A stretch of DNA of 63,452 bases, filler included, from Sphacelaria rigidula (taxonomy: Eukaryota): NCBI GenBank assembly GCA_964200075.2. It is 8 parts of 8 records of this genome, joined end to end, with 100 filler letters (N's around TTAATTAATTAA, not from the genome) between each part and the next. Parts side by side here need not be neighbours in the genome. Positions count along the whole stretch, not along the records: positions 55,610 to 63,452 come from CAXNAA020013270.1; 7 more parts are not named here. One strand, given 5' to 3'. Shown here in pieces: positions 60,936 through 63,452 of this stretch. The notes beneath the pieces were generated by a model. That model made no database searches. It saw nothing but the letters and a program-made list of their open reading frames with translations, and was not told the origin of the DNA. The translations under genes and the position numbers were made by a program. Positions within the stretch are counted from its first letter, which is position 1; the number at the start of each line of letters is the position of its first letter.

Positions 60936-62847
60936 ACAGCTCCAAGTTGTCGGGAAAAAAAAAAGTTCGTACAGCGCCTGATGTTTGAGTTCAGGCAGCA
61001 TGAAGCGCCTCATATCGGCGACATTGGCGAAGACGAACCGAAGCGTGGGAATTCCCAGTTGCCCGTTGTGGTCGGTTTTTCCTATTCCGATTTACTTTTA
61101 GATTTTTGCCTCCCCAAACCAGCCACTTTTTTAGAGGGGAGCTATCGTCGACAGTGTCCAATATGTATAGTATATATATAGAGAGAGAATATTTCGAACT
61201 CACGAGCGTCAAGCATACTTTGTAACGAGGCGTCCACGAGACTGAATGTTGATTTTAGTGTGCAAGTCCCTCCGCACCCGCCCCGGGAGATGACTATTCG
61301 GGCCAATGCCAATGCTAGGGGCCCGGTTAGCGGATTCGTGCTTCACTTTGTGCGGGGGTACACATGCGTTCGCGACCGTTCGAACGGACGCGCGATCGCG
61401 GTGCTCCTGTAATGTTTCCGGCGGGCATGAACATTTCGAGAGATGATCTATTCTCACGAGAGTTTGTGAAGGCAAGAATACCGAGACCCTCGAAAAAGAG
61501 GGACGGGGACCGGGGCGCAGCCCTGGGTCCCGTGCGGCTTATATATATGAGTATTTTGTGAAGCAAGCTTCGCTCGAGGTGAGGCAGTAAAACCTTGTCG
61601 TGCCCTCCTGCCGAAGGGTCTTCAAAGCGAGGCGTGATTTTCTGTTTGACGTTTAGGCAAGGATTCGACCGTGGTCAAGGGTAGTAGACTAGAAGAACGG
61701 GTGAGCAGATCGGAACGGCTGTACCTGGTCCCGTTCAACCAGGATTCATGCGGTCACTCTTATTGTTCTGAGTTCTTTATACCGGAGATCCTGTTGCCTA
61801 GGTTGCTAGAGATCCTGTTTCACAGGTTTGAACGTTTCGAGTCCGCCCACGTGTCTCACCGGCGGGCTCCGTTCCCGGGACTGTTTCTCCGACTTACATG
61901 TGTATTTGGATGTTGATTACGCTCATACATATGTGGTCTCGACAAGTTGTGTATTATAGTATCGTGGTTCCTCCCGAGAAAGGTCGCTGTTTCAGTCCTG
62001 TTGCCGAAAGGTTTCCCAGGGCGTCAAGCGTACTCTCCCTTCATATTCAAGTCAAGGATTGGATGTGGGCCGGGTCGTTCGGGTCGTTTGGCAGGGACAC
62101 GGCATATCATTTCGGCGATATGATGGCGCTTTTATTTCGAGCTCTTCATGCTGAACCTTACGGGTTACCTAGAGCGCCGTAGGTCTTTCTGTACAGGCAG
62201 CGTGAGTGTTTCCAAGCCGCTCGCTCGCGTTACTTGTGGACCCGTCTCCTGTGGCACACGGGTTCTCGTCTCCGGTTCACATGTTGTGTACTGCTCCACA
62301 GGTGCTCATTATATTTGTAAATACAATTTGATTTCCTGTGTATTATTTTGAGTAGGTATCCCGTGACCCGTGTGATTACGGAAGGCGTCTGCATCAGATG
62401 CCCCAGTACGGGAAGTAACAAGTCCTGCGCAGATATCGGAATGTTTCGTTTAACGTGAAAACAACAACAGTAGCAGCAGCATAGAAGCATAGGACCACGA
62501 TACTGTCGGCCCTCAACCAATGTTCATGTCATGTCCGTGGCTACCTCCTCGAAGAACTTCCGCTCAATTATCCTCATCACAGCGCGCACACTGATCATCG
62601 ATACTTCCCGACCGATGGCAGAATTGACTTTTCATGCTTTGAGTTCTTCGTTTTTTTAGTTTTCTCACATATTTTTGTCCCCCCCCCCCTATATCATGCC
62701 CTCTTGTTTATTTTTTGTCGTCTTCCATATGAGCAGGATCTCGTAGATCAGTTTGAAAGCGGGCAGCTAGCGGAGGAGGTCATGCGAGGCGTAGCAAAAC
62801 AGGTATACGCTCCCCTTTCCACCCGAATGATCAGACTGGTATAAATA

Positions 62848-62960
62848 GATTGATTGATTGTCGCACTTGAACTGACCACTCATGGGTTCAGCCGTGGTCG
62901 CATGATGGACGTACCCAAGAGGAGCAAGACTGAAGCACTCGTTCAAAAAAACGAAGGAGC
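62848..62960 (-). mobile_element. 3' end of an (AATC)n-tailed retroposon family
   Basis: The minus strand reads GGGTACGTCCATCATGCGACCACGGCTG...GGTCAGTTCAAGTGCGACAATCAATCAATC. Related copies lie at about 60392-60465 (-), 42015-42100 (+) and 8205-8275 (+). Confidence 0.7.
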
Positions 62961-63452
62961 AGAAAAAAGTCGAATTGAACGATAAAGTCGACTAAGACGT
63001 CAAAACATGATTATGAAGAAAGAAAAAAATCAACAAAAGCAAAGTACAGAAATATATTAGTAGGTATATTGATGTGATTTGTGGCAACAGCCCGGCGGGC
63101 CCAGATCCTCTCTACTTGTATGTGGGCGTTGTGTCTCCAACCAGAACAACTGTTCCGAATCCCCCCATATATCTAGGCCAACAGAAGGCCACTTGTATAA
63201 CTGGGCGCGTTGAGGGTTAACCATTTGACCGCCGGGGTATTTTACCTGGGTGTTGAATCATTCAAATGAAAGTGATGATAGTTCAACAGATGATGTACCC
63301 GCGCGATCAGGAGTTGATCTAATTATTATCAAATACGAAACACTCAATCGAAAACACTCACCTGTACTGTATTTTGAGTTCCTCCATCATAAGAGCAATT
63401 CTCCCCCCCCCCCCCCCCCCCCCCCACGAACGAGCATAAATCGAAGAAACAT

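Overview
Intron-rich, repeat-rich eukaryotic nuclear DNA from a photosynthetic stramenopile, most likely a brown alga. This is inferred from two bipartite signal-peptide+AF plastid-targeting presequences, GT-AG introns of 0.2-5 kb and the repeat landscape. The window is not one locus. It is 8 unrelated contigs of 7,843-7,845 bp joined by an artificial 100-nt spacer (N44-TTAATTAATTAA-N44), so adjacency across spacers has no biological meaning. Genes supported by hand-spliced, phase-consistent exons: (1) a divergent USP10/Ubp3-like deubiquitinase (at least 10 exons, intact Cys and His boxes) with a very recent triplication of an IQ-like motif just before the catalytic domain; (2) a head-to-head pair of first exons for two plastid-targeted proteins, one a Gfo/Idh/MocA (inositol-dehydrogenase-like) oxidoreductase; (3) a complete 3-exon nuclear gene for mitochondrial ribosomal protein uS15; (4) the last 3 exons of an At5g03900-like plastid membrane protein; (5) two internal exons of an ABCC/MRP transporter. 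The rest is mostly transposon-derived: a decayed Ty1/copia element, an RTE-LINE fragment, tRNA-derived and other SINE-like repeats, PIF/Harbinger-, hAT-, Stowaway- and piggyBac-like non-autonomous elements, and several short-motif-saturated islands. Most ORFs in the supplied track are spurious. I see no convincing multi-gene novel system. The best candidates for follow-up are the IQ-like-repeat/RGG-insert USP and the divergent plastid gene pair.
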